Of a DNA stretch of 54,481 nucleotides, positions 27,653-37,791 are shown in pieces (the first letter of the stretch is position 1; each line of letters begins with the position of its first letter). The notes beneath the pieces are model-generated. The model was not told the origin of the DNA and searched no databases. It was given only the letters and a program-made list of their open reading frames with translations. Source of the DNA: Dysgonamonadaceae bacterium (GTDB lineage: Bacteria > Bacteroidota > Bacteroidia > Bacteroidales > Dysgonomonadaceae); assembly GCA_029975415.1 (NCBI GenBank), contig JARKPE010000078.1, forward strand, positions 1 through 54,481, given 5' to 3'. The position numbers and the translations under genes were made by a program.

Positions 27653-30382
27653 TCAGAATTCTTGTCCAATAATGAAATGAAACTGACTTCCTCCGTAGGA
27701 TCGCGAGCCGTTGATAGGATCAAATCCATACGCCCAGTCAATACCCATCAAGCCAATCATTGGGAGAAAAATACGTGCACCTACACCGGCCGATCGTTTC
27801 AAATCGAAAGGATTGAATTCGTTGAGGGTTTTCCATCCATTACCAGCTTCAACGAAAGCTACGCCATAGATAGTGGAATTGGGTTCTAGGATGAACGGAT
27901 AACGAAATTCCATTCCAAATCGAGTATAAGCTCTACCTTCCATAACGATTGAATTGTTTTCGTATCCTCTAAGAGCAATATTCTCGGTGGCAAAAGAGCT
28001 TGAGTATCCTGACATACCGTCACCCCCAACGTCAAAGGTTTCGAAAGGTGTTATTTTGTGTTTGTTATAATGTCCGACAAGGCCCAATTCTACACGCGTT
28101 GCAATGACGGGAGTCCGTTTTACAGTGAGCGATGTGAGAGGCGTGAAAGTGCGTATTTTGAGTTTCCACTTATGATATTCATTCCATGTATATTTCGAAG
28201 GATCTTCATATCCCATCGCATCTGTTCTCATGTTAGCATAATCTTTCCCGTCCCATAATGAAAAAGGAGGAGTAATATTCGCCGAAAGTGAGAATTGCGA
28301 TCCGGTACGTGTATAAATTGGGTTATCAATCGAATTTCGAGATAATGTCAGATTGAGCGAAATACTATTGCTCACGCCTGTCAGAAAAGGAAATGAGTTG
28401 TATCCATACCAGTTTTTGAGGCTATATCGCTGATAAGCCAGTTCTCCCTGTAGCATGAAGTAATCATCCGGCCATTCAAGTCTTTTTCCGTAGCCTGCCG
28501 AAATACCGAAAATGCTGAATACTTTATCGGGATCAGCTGCGTATTGTGCCATATCTTCATATCCATAGCCTCCGTAGCCATAGCCATACCCTCCGTAGCC
28601 ATAGCCGTAGGGATTATACATGCCATAATTGGCCATGCTGTTGGAGTAATAGTTGGAATTCATGCCGGTGTAGCGTGAATAGTAGGCCCCGACAGAGAAA
28701 TTGTTTGGACGTTTTCCCCCAAACCATGGTTCAATGAAAGAAAATTGGTATGATTGGTAATATTGACCGTTAGTTTGTGCACTCAGGATGAGCGTTTGTC
28801 CATCGCCCTGCGGGATGAATCCTCTGTATGACCCCGGATTGAGAAGGTTTCTTACAGAGAAGTTGTTCAGTTTTAAACTTAGTTTGCCAACCAATCCGGT
28901 AACACCCCATCCGGCAGAAAATTCTATTTGATCGTTTCCTTTCGAAGTAAGAGGGAAACCAATGTCAACAGTGCCGTCGTCGAAATTGGGATTTATGTCT
29001 GGTTGAAGATTTTCGGGATCGAAATGTCCGGTTTGAGCCAATTCGCGCATTGATCTGATAACGTCTTCCTGACTGTAAACCGCTCCTGGCTTTGTCCTTA
29101 ATTCCCTACGAATTACATCTTCGTAAAGGCGATCGTTTCCTGAAATAATCACACGCTTAATAGTGGCTTTTGGTCCTTCTATAACACGAAGTTCAAGATC
29201 CACAGAATCATTTTCGATATTTACTTCAACCGGTTCTATGTTCGAGAAAAGGTATCCGTTGTTTTTATAAAGGTTTACCACGGCATCATCGTCGCGAAGC
29301 AAACGTTCTTGAAGTTTCTTTTGATTGTAAATATCACCTTCGGACATATTAAGCATTCGACTCAAGTCGTATGAATTGTAAATGGTATTTCCAACCCAGT
29401 TGATAGAGCGCACGTGATAAAGTGGACCTTCTTCAACCTTGATATCGATGTTGACAGTTTTTTCGTCATGTTTATATACCGAATCCCAAACTATTTCGGC
29501 GTCTCGATAACCAAGTTCGTGATATTTCTCGATGAGGTTTTTCTTGTCGTTTTTATATTCTTCTTCAACAAATTTTTTCGTTTTGAACAGATTTTTGAGT
29601 TTCCCTTTTTCGTTTGTTTTTTTCATCGCCCCTTTCAGTTTATTGTCCGAAACGGCTGTATTTCCAATTATGTTGATCCTATGAACGCCGATTTTTTCCT
29701 TTTTATCAACGTTAATTTCAAGAATAACTTGATTTTTGCCCGATTCATCAGGTTTTTGATTAATGCTTACTACTGCGTCTTTAAATCCTTTTTCGTCAAA
29801 ATATTGTTTGATAATGAGTTTGGCTCTGTCAATTTGATTGGGTGTAATCTGATTCCCTTTCACCATACCTATTTTTTTGTCGATATCTTCACGTTCGCCT
29901 TTTTTCATCCCAAAATAATGTATATCGGAAATTCGTGGGCGATCAGTGAGTCTTATTTCGAGCCACACACTATCTCCCTCAATTTTATCGGCCAAAATTT
30001 TAATATCGGAAAATAAACCTTGTTTCCAAAATCTTTCTAGTGCGTTTGTTATTTCGGGGCCCGGAATACTTATTTTGCTTCCTACCGATAATCCCGAAAA
30101 CCCGATCAGTACGAAGCTTTGGTCCTGATACATGGTATTTTCGATGCCGGTAACCTTGATGTCGGCAATGGTATATTGCTTGGGTGTGGCTGTGTAATTG
30201 ATAACAGGTTTAGCTTCATCCGATCCTGGCTTGAATTGGTTTGTATGATCGCCAACACTGATATTTACACTGTCTTTGATTTGGTTATCGGTAGTTTGCC
30301 GTAAGGTGTCTTGAGCAAATGTAACTGCCTGAAAAGAGATAGTAAAAAATATGATAGTTGTGTAAAGCGTTTTCTTCAACAT
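27653..30382 (-). CDS. bamA: Outer membrane protein assembly factor BamA
   Basis: POTRA domains, VIRRELRTKPG, LRGYEN and C-terminal FHFIIGQEF. Confidence 0.95.
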   Translation of the reverse strand: MLKKTLYTTIIFFTISFQAVTFAQDTLRQTTDNQIKDSVNISVGDHTNQFKPGSDEAKPVINYTATPKQYTIADIKVTGIENTMYQDQSFVLIGFSGLSVGSKISIPGPEITNALERFWKQGLFSDIKILADKIEGDSVWLEIRLTDRPRISDIHYFGMKKGEREDIDKKIGMVKGNQITPNQIDRAKLIIKQYFDEKGFKDAVVSINQKPDESGKNQVILEINVDKKEKIGVHRINIIGNTAVSDNKLKGAMKKTNEKGKLKNLFKTKKFVEEEYKNDKKNLIEKYHELGYRDAEIVWDSVYKHDEKTVNIDIKVEEGPLYHVRSINWVGNTIYNSYDLSRMLNMSEGDIYNQKKLQERLLRDDDAVVNLYKNNGYLFSNIEPVEVNIENDSVDLELRVIEGPKATIKRVIISGNDRLYEDVIRRELRTKPGAVYSQEDVIRSMRELAQTGHFDPENLQPDINPNFDDGTVDIGFPLTSKGNDQIEFSAGWGVTGLVGKLSLKLNNFSVRNLLNPGSYRGFIPQGDGQTLILSAQTNGQYYQSYQFSFIEPWFGGKRPNNFSVGAYYSRYTGMNSNYYSNSMANYGMYNPYGYGYGGYGYGYGGYGYEDMAQYAADPDKVFSIFGISAGYGKRLEWPDDYFMLQGELAYQRYSLKNWYGYNSFPFLTGVSNSISLNLTLSRNSIDNPIYTRTGSQFSLSANITPPFSLWDGKDYANMRTDAMGYEDPSKYTWNEYHKWKLKIRTFTPLTSLTVKRTPVIATRVELGLVGHYNKHKITPFETFDVGGDGMSGYSSSFATENIALRGYENNSIVMEGRAYTRFGMEFRYPFILEPNSTIYGVAFVEAGNGWKTLNEFNPFDLKRSAGVGARIFLPMIGLMGIDWAYGFDPINGSRSYGGSQFHFIIGQEF
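28569..28606. repeat. In-frame 21-bp-period tandem repeat encoding a GYGYGG-type loop in BamA
   Basis: CCTCCGTAGCCATAGCC at 28569-28585 and 28590-28606. Confidence 0.8.
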
Positions 30383-30421
30383 TGCCTTAATGATTGTGTT
30401 GAACGTAAAAATGATCTTGAA

Positions 30422-31177
30422 TTATGAATTTTTTTCTGATTCTATTTGTTCGCTTGTCTTTCCGAATCGTCGTTCTCTTCTTTGATAATCAACTATAGCT
30501 TCGTAAAAGTTTTCTTCGCGAAAATCGGGCCAAAAAGTATCGGTAAAGTAAAACTCAGTGTAAGCAGCCTGCCAAAGCAAGAAGTTGCTCATACGTAATT
30601 CTCCTCCCGTTCGAATCATTAGGTCCGGATCAGGAATATCTTTGGTGGTGAGATATTGCGAAAATAAAGTTTCATCGATATCGTCTTCTGATATTTTTCC
30701 GCTTCGAACGTCTTTTATCAATAGTTTTGTTGCGTGAACGATTTCCCATTTCGAAGAATAGCTGAGCGCTAGTACAAGCATTAATTTGTCTCCTTTCGAA
30801 GTAACTTCTTCACATTCTTTGAGCGCAAGACGCGTTTTTTCGGGAAGACGGTTAGTGTCACCAATACTCTTTACTCTGACATTATTTTTTATCAAATTAT
30901 CTTCTTCCTGTCTTATAGCAAATACCATCAAATCCATCAGAGCGTTTATTTCTTCATCGGGACGGCACCAATTTTCTGTGGAAAAAGCGTAAATCGTAAC
31001 GAATTTTACATTTGCATTAGATGCCGCTTCCACAACACTTCTTACCGAATTGATGCCCTCCCGATGTCCATCTGCCCTGTCAAGCCCATGAACTTTAGCC
31101 CATCGTCCGTTGCCGTCCATGATAATGGCAACGTGCTCGGGCGACTTAGATTTGTCTATCTTCTCTAAAAGCGACAT
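30422..31177 (-). CDS. uppS: Undecaprenyl diphosphate synthase (isoprenyl transferase)
   Basis: HVAIIMDGNGRWA, YAFSTENW and IRTGGELRMSNFLLWQAAY. Confidence 0.96.
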   Translation of the reverse strand: MSLLEKIDKSKSPEHVAIIMDGNGRWAKVHGLDRADGHREGINSVRSVVEAASNANVKFVTIYAFSTENWCRPDEEINALMDLMVFAIRQEEDNLIKNNVRVKSIGDTNRLPEKTRLALKECEEVTSKGDKLMLVLALSYSSKWEIVHATKLLIKDVRSGKISEDDIDETLFSQYLTTKDIPDPDLMIRTGGELRMSNFLLWQAAYTEFYFTDTFWPDFREENFYEAIVDYQRRERRFGKTSEQIESEKNS

Positions 31178-31204
31178 TTTTTTTGATTCCTCTATTGTTG
31201 TTAA

Positions 31205-31903
31205 TTACCTTCCATGACAAGGATCGTCTTTCAGACCAAACTCCCATGACATAAAAAGTAGCGTTAGCGAATACCAATCTTGATTTTTTAGGACACTGCT
31301 TTTGATCCCAAAAGGTGCATCGAGGCTGAAATCCTGATGCTTGTCGGGCGCATCCAAATTGTCTCCGAACAACTTTCTCATCGAAAATTCTAAACCTAAA
31401 TTGAGTCTGTTTCTCAACTTATATTTAAATCCAATTCCGATTGGAACATTAGCATTGAAAAACAGTTGATCGCCGGTTGCAACCGTAATCCCTGCGCCCG
31501 TAAACAAATAAGGCGTATAAGGTTTTGTCCCCAAATAGCCATATTTGTCGCTGTAAGGGAAAAAGTTAAATTCAATTTGTGAGCCCAGTTCTACAAAAGT
31601 CCTGTCGAATGAGACATTCATATTTGAAGGAAAGACATTTTGTGCATCAGCTGTGCTCCCCGATAGAAGTCCGGCTATCAAATCGCCCTTAATCGCCCAA
31701 TGAAAATTGACATTATATCGATAAATACCTCCTATTGTTGCACCAGGGTTTAAAAATAATTTAGTTTTGTTCGCGTCACCCATGTATGATGACATTCCCC
31801 CGATGATTCCCAATTCGTGAGCATATTCTTGAGAGAATAAATTTTTGGGCAGCAGGATCGCGTGCATACATACCATAAAAGAGAACACTATTTTTCCATT
31901 CAT
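31205..31903 (-). CDS. Outer-membrane beta-barrel, DUF6089/PorG-like
   Basis: Signal peptide, ELGIIGGMSSYMGD and alternating beta-strand pattern. Position upstream of uppS-bamA matches P. gingivalis porG. Confidence 0.75.
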   Translation of the reverse strand: MNGKIVFSFMVCMHAILLPKNLFSQEYAHELGIIGGMSSYMGDANKTKLFLNPGATIGGIYRYNVNFHWAIKGDLIAGLLSGSTADAQNVFPSNMNVSFDRTFVELGSQIEFNFFPYSDKYGYLGTKPYTPYLFTGAGITVATGDQLFFNANVPIGIGFKYKLRNRLNLGLEFSMRKLFGDNLDAPDKHQDFSLDAPFGIKSSVLKNQDWYSLTLLFMSWEFGLKDDPCHGR

Positions 31904-31987
31904 TTTTATGAATTGTTTTTTGTGTTCTTAATTAAACGCGAAAATTCATCGAAAATTATTTTTTTCGCTGCAGTAATAAAAAATCTG

Positions 31988-33352
31988 TCAATTCACGGCC
32001 AATCTGTTGAGTCGTCCTCGCCAGACTTCGGTAAACTGAGTATTTGTATTGGATATTCCGCCGAATATCCAAATATTATTATTCGTATCTACTACAATTG
32101 ATGCCTCTTGACGATAAAAGAAATTGTCTGGAAGTGCCTGATTGCTTTCAACTTCATTCCATGTGATTCCGTTATTCTTCGAAATCATTAGTTTAGCCTC
32201 TTCATCGTTTCCGGTCGTAAGTAAATATACCTTGTCGTCATATCCAAACAGTGTGCTACCTTGGGTTTGAAATGCAGGTTGAATCGACGTCCATGAAATT
32301 TTGTTGCCATCTTCCTGCAGGATCCATATTTTGTTGTTTGGTGATCCGCTTGTCGTTTTTCCTCCCGAAATGATATAATATTTTGATGAAAATACTTTCG
32401 ACTTTGAAATAGATATACAGGAAAATTCCGTAGTTGGAAAATTGGCAAAATCGATGTTTGAATTTTTAATGCTGAAAGACATAAAATCATCGTATCTGGT
32501 TTTGGCAAATTTCAATTGCCCGTTCACGTCAAGGATTGTCAAAACCGAATCAGGGGTATTCGGTGAAACGGCATAAAGAGCTTTTACCGTATGAGGCGAT
32601 AAAATTTTATTCCACGAAATTCCGTTGTTTGAGCTATATATATTATTTTCGGTATCGAGGGCGTAGGCCGTGTATATGTTTCCGTTCGTAAGATTCGGAG
32701 AATATCCGCACATGATAGAGGGGACGATTGTGTTGTTAGGCAATGACGAAATGGATAAATTTTGCCATGCTACAGATCCAGGAGAGGTAGTTTGAGCCAA
32801 TTGAATACCTGTCGAAGTTTTGTAAAAAGTAAGAAAAGTATCATCTATTAAGATGGTTTTTTGTTCGACGAAAGGTGACGCAATGTAGCTTTCCTGTAGT
32901 TTCGTCCAGGTCAGAATATCGGGATCCTGCTGATGAATATTTAATTTGAAATCGTACCTTTTAAAAGTTGTCTGATCCTGAGCGGTTACTTCAATGGTTT
33001 TCAAACGATCTATTGCGACGGAATCGGTCGAATTCCAAAAATAAATACTGTCGGGATTGCTGAGATAGAATTTTATGGCGGAGGCATAAGCTGTCGTAAT
33101 GGATAACTTTGCATTTTTAGGTTCGAATCCGAATTCAAGGGAGTCGCGATTAAAAATCTTTGAGTTAAGTTGATCAATCGAAAATTTTGTATTTGCCAAT
33201 GTGCCTGTAGAATCATAAGCTGCCGAAGCCGAAAATGAGTAAATCTGTGCGTCTTTCAATGCTTCGGATGAAACTTGATCCGAATTTAAACAGGAAGAAA
33301 AGATGGCTATTCCGAAAAATAAAATGCTCCAGAAGATATATTTATAACTCAT
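31988..33352 (-). CDS. DUF6242-like lipoprotein with beta-propeller (BNR/kelch-like) C-terminus
   Basis: Lipobox FSSC, FSIDQ...IFNRDSL, Asp-box-like SSNNGISW and SKNNGITW, IWIFGG and VWRGRLNRL. TACTTTTG at rc 33393-33400. Confidence 0.75.
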   Translation of the reverse strand: MSYKYIFWSILFFGIAIFSSCLNSDQVSSEALKDAQIYSFSASAAYDSTGTLANTKFSIDQLNSKIFNRDSLEFGFEPKNAKLSITTAYASAIKFYLSNPDSIYFWNSTDSVAIDRLKTIEVTAQDQTTFKRYDFKLNIHQQDPDILTWTKLQESYIASPFVEQKTILIDDTFLTFYKTSTGIQLAQTTSPGSVAWQNLSISSLPNNTIVPSIMCGYSPNLTNGNIYTAYALDTENNIYSSNNGISWNKILSPHTVKALYAVSPNTPDSVLTILDVNGQLKFAKTRYDDFMSFSIKNSNIDFANFPTTEFSCISISKSKVFSSKYYIISGGKTTSGSPNNKIWILQEDGNKISWTSIQPAFQTQGSTLFGYDDKVYLLTTGNDEEAKLMISKNNGITWNEVESNQALPDNFFYRQEASIVVDTNNNIWIFGGISNTNTQFTEVWRGRLNRLAVN

Positions 33353-33437
33353 TTGTTTTAAAAGCGATAATCTCTTAAATATTTAAGTAATGCAAAAGTA
33401 TGAAGTTTTTTCGCTTCCACCACACTTAAAACGATAT

Positions 33438-34499
33438 TTAAAGAAATTTTCGAGTTATTTTGTTCTTTATGTGTAGTTGAATCGAACCCAAATATTTATT
33501 GACTTCTATTTCGTCTCCGTAAATTTTTGGCGAAAGAACTCCATTCCCTAATTTCTTTTGGGATATTTCCACAAATGCCTCATCCCACAAATTGCTTTTA
33601 ATGAACGAATTGAGTAATCTTGCACCACCTTCAATCAAAACAGAACAGATGCCTTCGGAGTATAGCGATTTTATAATCTGCTCATTGACATTGTCTGTGA
33701 AATCGATGCGAATAGGTTTCACATTTTTCACCGGATAATCATCACTTTCGGTGAATACAATGGTGGGTGCCTCATCATCGAAAACGAATGAAGATGCCTG
33801 TAATTTTCGTTTTCGGTCGATCACAATTCGAGTCGGATTATTTCCAAACCAACGACGTGCCGTCAATCGTGGGTTGTCCATAATCACGGTATTGGTGCCC
33901 ACCATGATCCCTTGAACGCGGGTACGGAATTTATGAACAATGGTATGCGTGAGTTCATTTGAAATTTTCGCTGGAGGATTTTCGAGTAAAGAAGCGCGCT
34001 GATGATCGATGAATCCGTCTTTTGATTGTGCCCATTTCAAAATGATGTAAGGTCTATTACAAAGTTGATTTGTGAAAAAAACTCGGTTTTGCTCTTTAGC
34101 TTCTTTTTCCATCACGCCTACTGTTACGTCGATTCCTGCTTGTTTCATTTTCTGAATGCCATTGCCTGAAACAAGAGGATTTGGATCGGGAGTGGCAATT
34201 ACCACACGAGGAATTTTTTTTTCGATAATCAGATCGGCGCAAGGTGGCGTTTTTCCATAATGAGAACATGGTTCGAGTGAAACATACATGGTCGATTGGG
34301 GCAAAAGAGAATCTTCTTGCACCGATAGAATAGCGTTGACTTCGGCATGAGGGCCTCCGTAATGTCGATGATAACCTTCGCCGACAATTCGATCTTTGTG
34401 AACGATAACTGCCCCTACCATAGGATTGGGATATGTGAACCCTTCCCCTTTTTGCGCCAATTGAAGACACCGATTCATATATGTCGCTTGTACATCCAT
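33438..34499 (-). CDS. ribD: Bifunctional riboflavin biosynthesis deaminase/reductase
   Basis: PNPMVGAVIV, HAEVNA, LEPCSHYGKTPPC and IEGGA. ATG 34499 preferred. Confidence 0.95.
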   Translation of the reverse strand: MDVQATYMNRCLQLAQKGEGFTYPNPMVGAVIVHKDRIVGEGYHRHYGGPHAEVNAILSVQEDSLLPQSTMYVSLEPCSHYGKTPPCADLIIEKKIPRVVIATPDPNPLVSGNGIQKMKQAGIDVTVGVMEKEAKEQNRVFFTNQLCNRPYIILKWAQSKDGFIDHQRASLLENPPAKISNELTHTIVHKFRTRVQGIMVGTNTVIMDNPRLTARRWFGNNPTRIVIDRKRKLQASSFVFDDEAPTIVFTESDDYPVKNVKPIRIDFTDNVNEQIIKSLYSEGICSVLIEGGARLLNSFIKSNLWDEAFVEISQKKLGNGVLSPKIYGDEIEVNKYLGSIQLHIKNKITRKFL

Positions 34500-34505
34500 T
34501 TTTCT

Positions 34506-34513
34506 TATCTTTG
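34506..34513 (+). promoter_or_regulatory. -7 promoter element for prmC operon
   Basis: TATCTTTG in the 34-bp ribD/prmC gap. Confidence 0.55.
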
Positions 34514-34533
34514 TTCGTTCAACTTTTTGTATC

Positions 34534-35370
34534 ATGCAAGATCCGTCAATCTACATATTAAGCCAACTATCTGGAGTTTATCCGAAAAGCGAAATCAATT
34601 ACTTGATACGAATTATTCTGCATGAAGTTTGCGGCCTTTCAACCACAGATATTGCATTGCACAAATTTAGTGATTTATCGGATACACAATTTGCCAACAT
34701 TATAGAAATTACCTCGCGATTGCGTAATCACGAGCCGATTCAATATATTTTAGGCAAAACGGAATTTTATGATATTCACTTGCAGGTAAATCCATCGGTA
34801 CTTATTCCTCGACCAGAAACAGAAGAACTGATCGATTGGATTTTGTCCGAAAAAAAATCTTTTCGTCATATTCTTGACATTGGAACCGGCAGTGGATGTA
34901 TTGCCATTGCTTTGGCTAAAAATATTTCCAAGTCCGAAGTTGATGCGTGGGATGTTTCGCCTGCGGCGTTGGAAACGGCGAATGTGAATGCGAAAAACAA
35001 CAATGTCCGAATAAATTTCAGTCGAGTTGACATTTTAAACGATGAAATTGAATATAAAACGTATGATTTGATCGTTAGCAATCCACCTTATGTTGCAGAA
35101 AGTGAAAAACAGATGATGGAACCCAATGTGCTCAATTTTGAGCCTCATTTGGCACTCTTTGTTGCCGATAGCGATCCATTGATTTTTTATCGAAAAATTT
35201 CCGATATAGCCATAAAGCTACTCATTCCCGGCGGCGAACTTTTTTTCGAAATAAATCGTGCAAAAGGAAATGATATTGCTTCTTTGCTCAAGCAAAAAGG
35301 TTTTGTCGATGTGCAATTGCGGGAAGATTTGTCGGGAAACGAGCGAATGATTAAAGCCGTGAAAAGATGA
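34534..35370 (+). CDS. prmC: Release factor glutamine N5-methyltransferase
   Basis: EPIQYILG, VLIPRPETEEL, LDIGTGSGCIA and IVSNPPY. Confidence 0.96.
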   Translation: MQDPSIYILSQLSGVYPKSEINYLIRIILHEVCGLSTTDIALHKFSDLSDTQFANIIEITSRLRNHEPIQYILGKTEFYDIHLQVNPSVLIPRPETEELIDWILSEKKSFRHILDIGTGSGCIAIALAKNISKSEVDAWDVSPAALETANVNAKNNNVRINFSRVDILNDEIEYKTYDLIVSNPPYVAESEKQMMEPNVLNFEPHLALFVADSDPLIFYRKISDIAIKLLIPGGELFFEINRAKGNDIASLLKQKGFVDVQLREDLSGNERMIKAVKR

Positions 35371-35855
35371 TAGCGCCCAAAATACAATTGTCGGAAGAAA
35401 AAATATTTGCAAGAATGGCAACCCTATGCGCAAAGCGCGAAAGTTGCAAATCGGAGATTCTAAAAAAACTCGATAGATATGATTTGGAAGAACATGCTAA
35501 GAAGCGTATTATAACAAAACTGGAAAAAGAAAATTACCTCAACGAAAAGCGTTATTGCCGCAGTTTCATTCATGACAAACATCAGTTCAACAAATGGGGA
35601 CGCACAAAAATAGAATTTGCCTTGCGGCAAAAGCAAATTCCTTCGGAAGTAATTGTTTCGGCTTTTTCCGAATTTCCCGCTTCGTATTTTGGCGAACCCC
35701 TTTTGGAATTGCTCCGCCGAAAATCGAAAACGATACGAACAAAAAACGATTTCGATAAACGTACAAAGTTGATCCGATATGCTTTAGGAAAAGGCTATAC
35801 AATGGATGAAACGCTGCGTTGCCTGGATAGTTTGTTTGATAAAAATCAACATTGA
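35367..35855 (+). CDS. recX: Regulatory protein RecX
   Basis: LCAKRE, YLNEKRY, NKWGRTKI and LIRYALGKGY. ATGA overlap with prmC. Confidence 0.88.
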   Translation: MIAPKIQLSEEKIFARMATLCAKRESCKSEILKKLDRYDLEEHAKKRIITKLEKENYLNEKRYCRSFIHDKHQFNKWGRTKIEFALRQKQIPSEVIVSAFSEFPASYFGEPLLELLRRKSKTIRTKNDFDKRTKLIRYALGKGYTMDETLRCLDSLFDKNQH

Positions 35856-35858
35856 AAG

Positions 35859-36554
35859 ATGAACTTTACATCGATATTTGACGAATTTCTCGGACTTTTT
35901 TTCCCTGATAGCTGTGTTGTTTGTGGCGAGCCATTGTTGCTGGCTGAAGAAAATATATGCCTGTCGTGTTTACTCAAATTGCCACGAACCAATAATTTTC
36001 TGGAGGCGGAAAATGTTGCCGAAAAGTTGCTAGCTGGCCGTTTTCCTTTCGAACACATTGCAACTTTCTGTAATTTCACAAAAGGAGGGATTTTGCAACC
36101 CATCATCCATCAGATCAAATACAACGGAAGGGCTCATCTCGGTGAAACTTTAGGGATGTTGTTCGGACGTGATTTGGCAGGGAGTGATTTTTTGTCTCCC
36201 ATTCAACTTATTATTCCCGTACCACTCCATCCTAAAAAGCAAAAACTGCGTGGCTACAATCAAGCCGAAATGATCGCGCACGGAATTTCGAAAGCTACAA
36301 ACATTCCGCTTTCGACAAACAATCTGATACGAATTGTTCACAATCCGACGCAAACAAAAAGAAATAAAATGCAACGTTGGGAGAATGTGAAAGATATCTT
36401 TACCGTAAATCATCCCGAAGAGTTTGAAAATAAGCATATTTTGTTGGTAGATGACATCATTACTACCGGATCGACAATCGAAGCTTGTGCTCACGCGCTT
36501 TTGACATCGGTTAGCATAAAAATAAGTATTGCCACCATAGGCGAGGCCATTTGA
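35859..36554 (+). CDS. ComF family phosphoribosyltransferase-like protein with zinc ribbon
   Basis: CVVC...CLSC, PVPLH, RGYNQA and LLVDDIITTGST. Confidence 0.9.
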   Translation: MNFTSIFDEFLGLFFPDSCVVCGEPLLLAEENICLSCLLKLPRTNNFLEAENVAEKLLAGRFPFEHIATFCNFTKGGILQPIIHQIKYNGRAHLGETLGMLFGRDLAGSDFLSPIQLIIPVPLHPKKQKLRGYNQAEMIAHGISKATNIPLSTNNLIRIVHNPTQTKRNKMQRWENVKDIFTVNHPEEFENKHILLVDDIITTGSTIEACAHALLTSVSIKISIATIGEAI

Positions 36555-36653
36555 TGAGAAAAATTCATCACACTACAATTTCGGTTAACTTGAAAAATAT
36601 TTGACCAAAATAACTACTTTTGTAAACAAATTTTCGTTTAAACAGATAAAGAA

Positions 36654-37304
36654 ATGAATACTATTCATCGGTTGACAGCCGAAAAACTCTTAAAGATAAA
36701 AGCAGTAAAGCTTCAGCCTTCCAATCCTTTTACTTGGGCTTCCGGCTGGAAATCGCCCATTTATTGCGACAATCGCAAATTGATGTCATATCCTTCGATT
36801 CGTAATTTCATCAAAATACAGTTTGCACGCGTTATTCTCGAAAAATATCCGCAAGTGGATGCCATAGCAGGTGTTGCTACCGGTGCTATCGCCCCGGGTG
36901 CTTTGGTTGCCGATTTGCTGGGACTTCCGTTCGTATATATTCGTTCTACACCAAAAGATCACGGATTGGAAAATCTTATCGAAGGCGATTTAAAACCCAA
37001 TCAGAAAGTAGTCGTTGTGGAAGACCTTGTTTCAACCGGTGGAAGCAGCCTAAAGGCCGTTGAAGCGATTCGCCGTGATGGATCGGATGTGTTGGGAATG
37101 GTCGCGATTTTTACATATGGATTTCCAATAGCTGAAAAAAGCATGAAGGAAGCCCGGGTAGAGCTTACGACCTTATGCGATTACGATGCAATTCTCGACG
37201 AAGCTCTTCGCACGGACTATATAGATCAGGCTGAATTGAAAATTCTTCAAGACTGGCGAAAGGAACCCGAAAAATGGGGCGGCAACGACAAAAAATCGAA
37301 ATGA
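36654..37304 (+). CDS. pyrE: Orotate phosphoribosyltransferase
   Basis: FTWASGWKSPIYCDNR and VVEDLVSTGGS. TACTTTTG at 36615-36622. Confidence 0.96.
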   Translation: MNTIHRLTAEKLLKIKAVKLQPSNPFTWASGWKSPIYCDNRKLMSYPSIRNFIKIQFARVILEKYPQVDAIAGVATGAIAPGALVADLLGLPFVYIRSTPKDHGLENLIEGDLKPNQKVVVVEDLVSTGGSSLKAVEAIRRDGSDVLGMVAIFTYGFPIAEKSMKEARVELTTLCDYDAILDEALRTDYIDQAELKILQDWRKEPEKWGGNDKKSK

Positions 37305-37723
37305 TGGCAGAATTTGTGAGTGATACCAAAACTATTCCATACGGCGACGAAACTGTTTTCGCTGCATTATCGGACTTAAGTAAACTTGAACAAATAAAAG
37401 ACAAAATACCTGACGATAAAATCAAAGATTTCACTTTCGATAGCGATAGCTGTTCTTTTGGTATCGATCCTATAGGGCAGGTTAAGTTTTCAGTCGTCGA
37501 ACGTCAACCAAATAAGTTGGTAAAGTTTAAATCGGAAAATTTACCCTTCGACGTTTTTTTGTGGTTGCAATTGGTTGGCAAGCACGAAAATGACACGAAA
37601 ATGCGTCTGACAGTTAAAGCCGATTTGAATCCGATTATGGAATCGATGGTTTCGAAGCCATTAAAACAGGCCGTTGATCAAGTTGCTGACTTACTTTCAC
37701 GATTGCCTTACGATAAAATCTAA
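37301..37723 (+). CDS. SRPBCC/START-fold protein
   Basis: EFVSDTKTI...VFAALSDLS and KADLNP pattern, typical of the Bacteroidetes gene following pyrE. Start 37301 or 37304. Confidence 0.8.
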   Translation: MMAEFVSDTKTIPYGDETVFAALSDLSKLEQIKDKIPDDKIKDFTFDSDSCSFGIDPIGQVKFSVVERQPNKLVKFKSENLPFDVFLWLQLVGKHENDTKMRLTVKADLNPIMESMVSKPLKQAVDQVADLLSRLPYDKI

Positions 37724-37751
37724 CAAACCGAATTTGCGTTCGGTTTGTTAG
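37720..37751. terminator. Bidirectional terminator
   Basis: CTAACAAACCGAA-tttgcg-TTCGGTTTGTTAG perfect 13-bp stem between convergent genes. Confidence 0.8.
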
Positions 37752-37791
37752 TTTAATGTTTTCTTATTCTGAAAGCTGTGTTTGGCATGAT

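Noticed and set aside
29414-30016. 200-aa antisense ORF inside bamA
   Set aside because: F/I-rich shadow of the K/E/N-rich POTRA coding strand.
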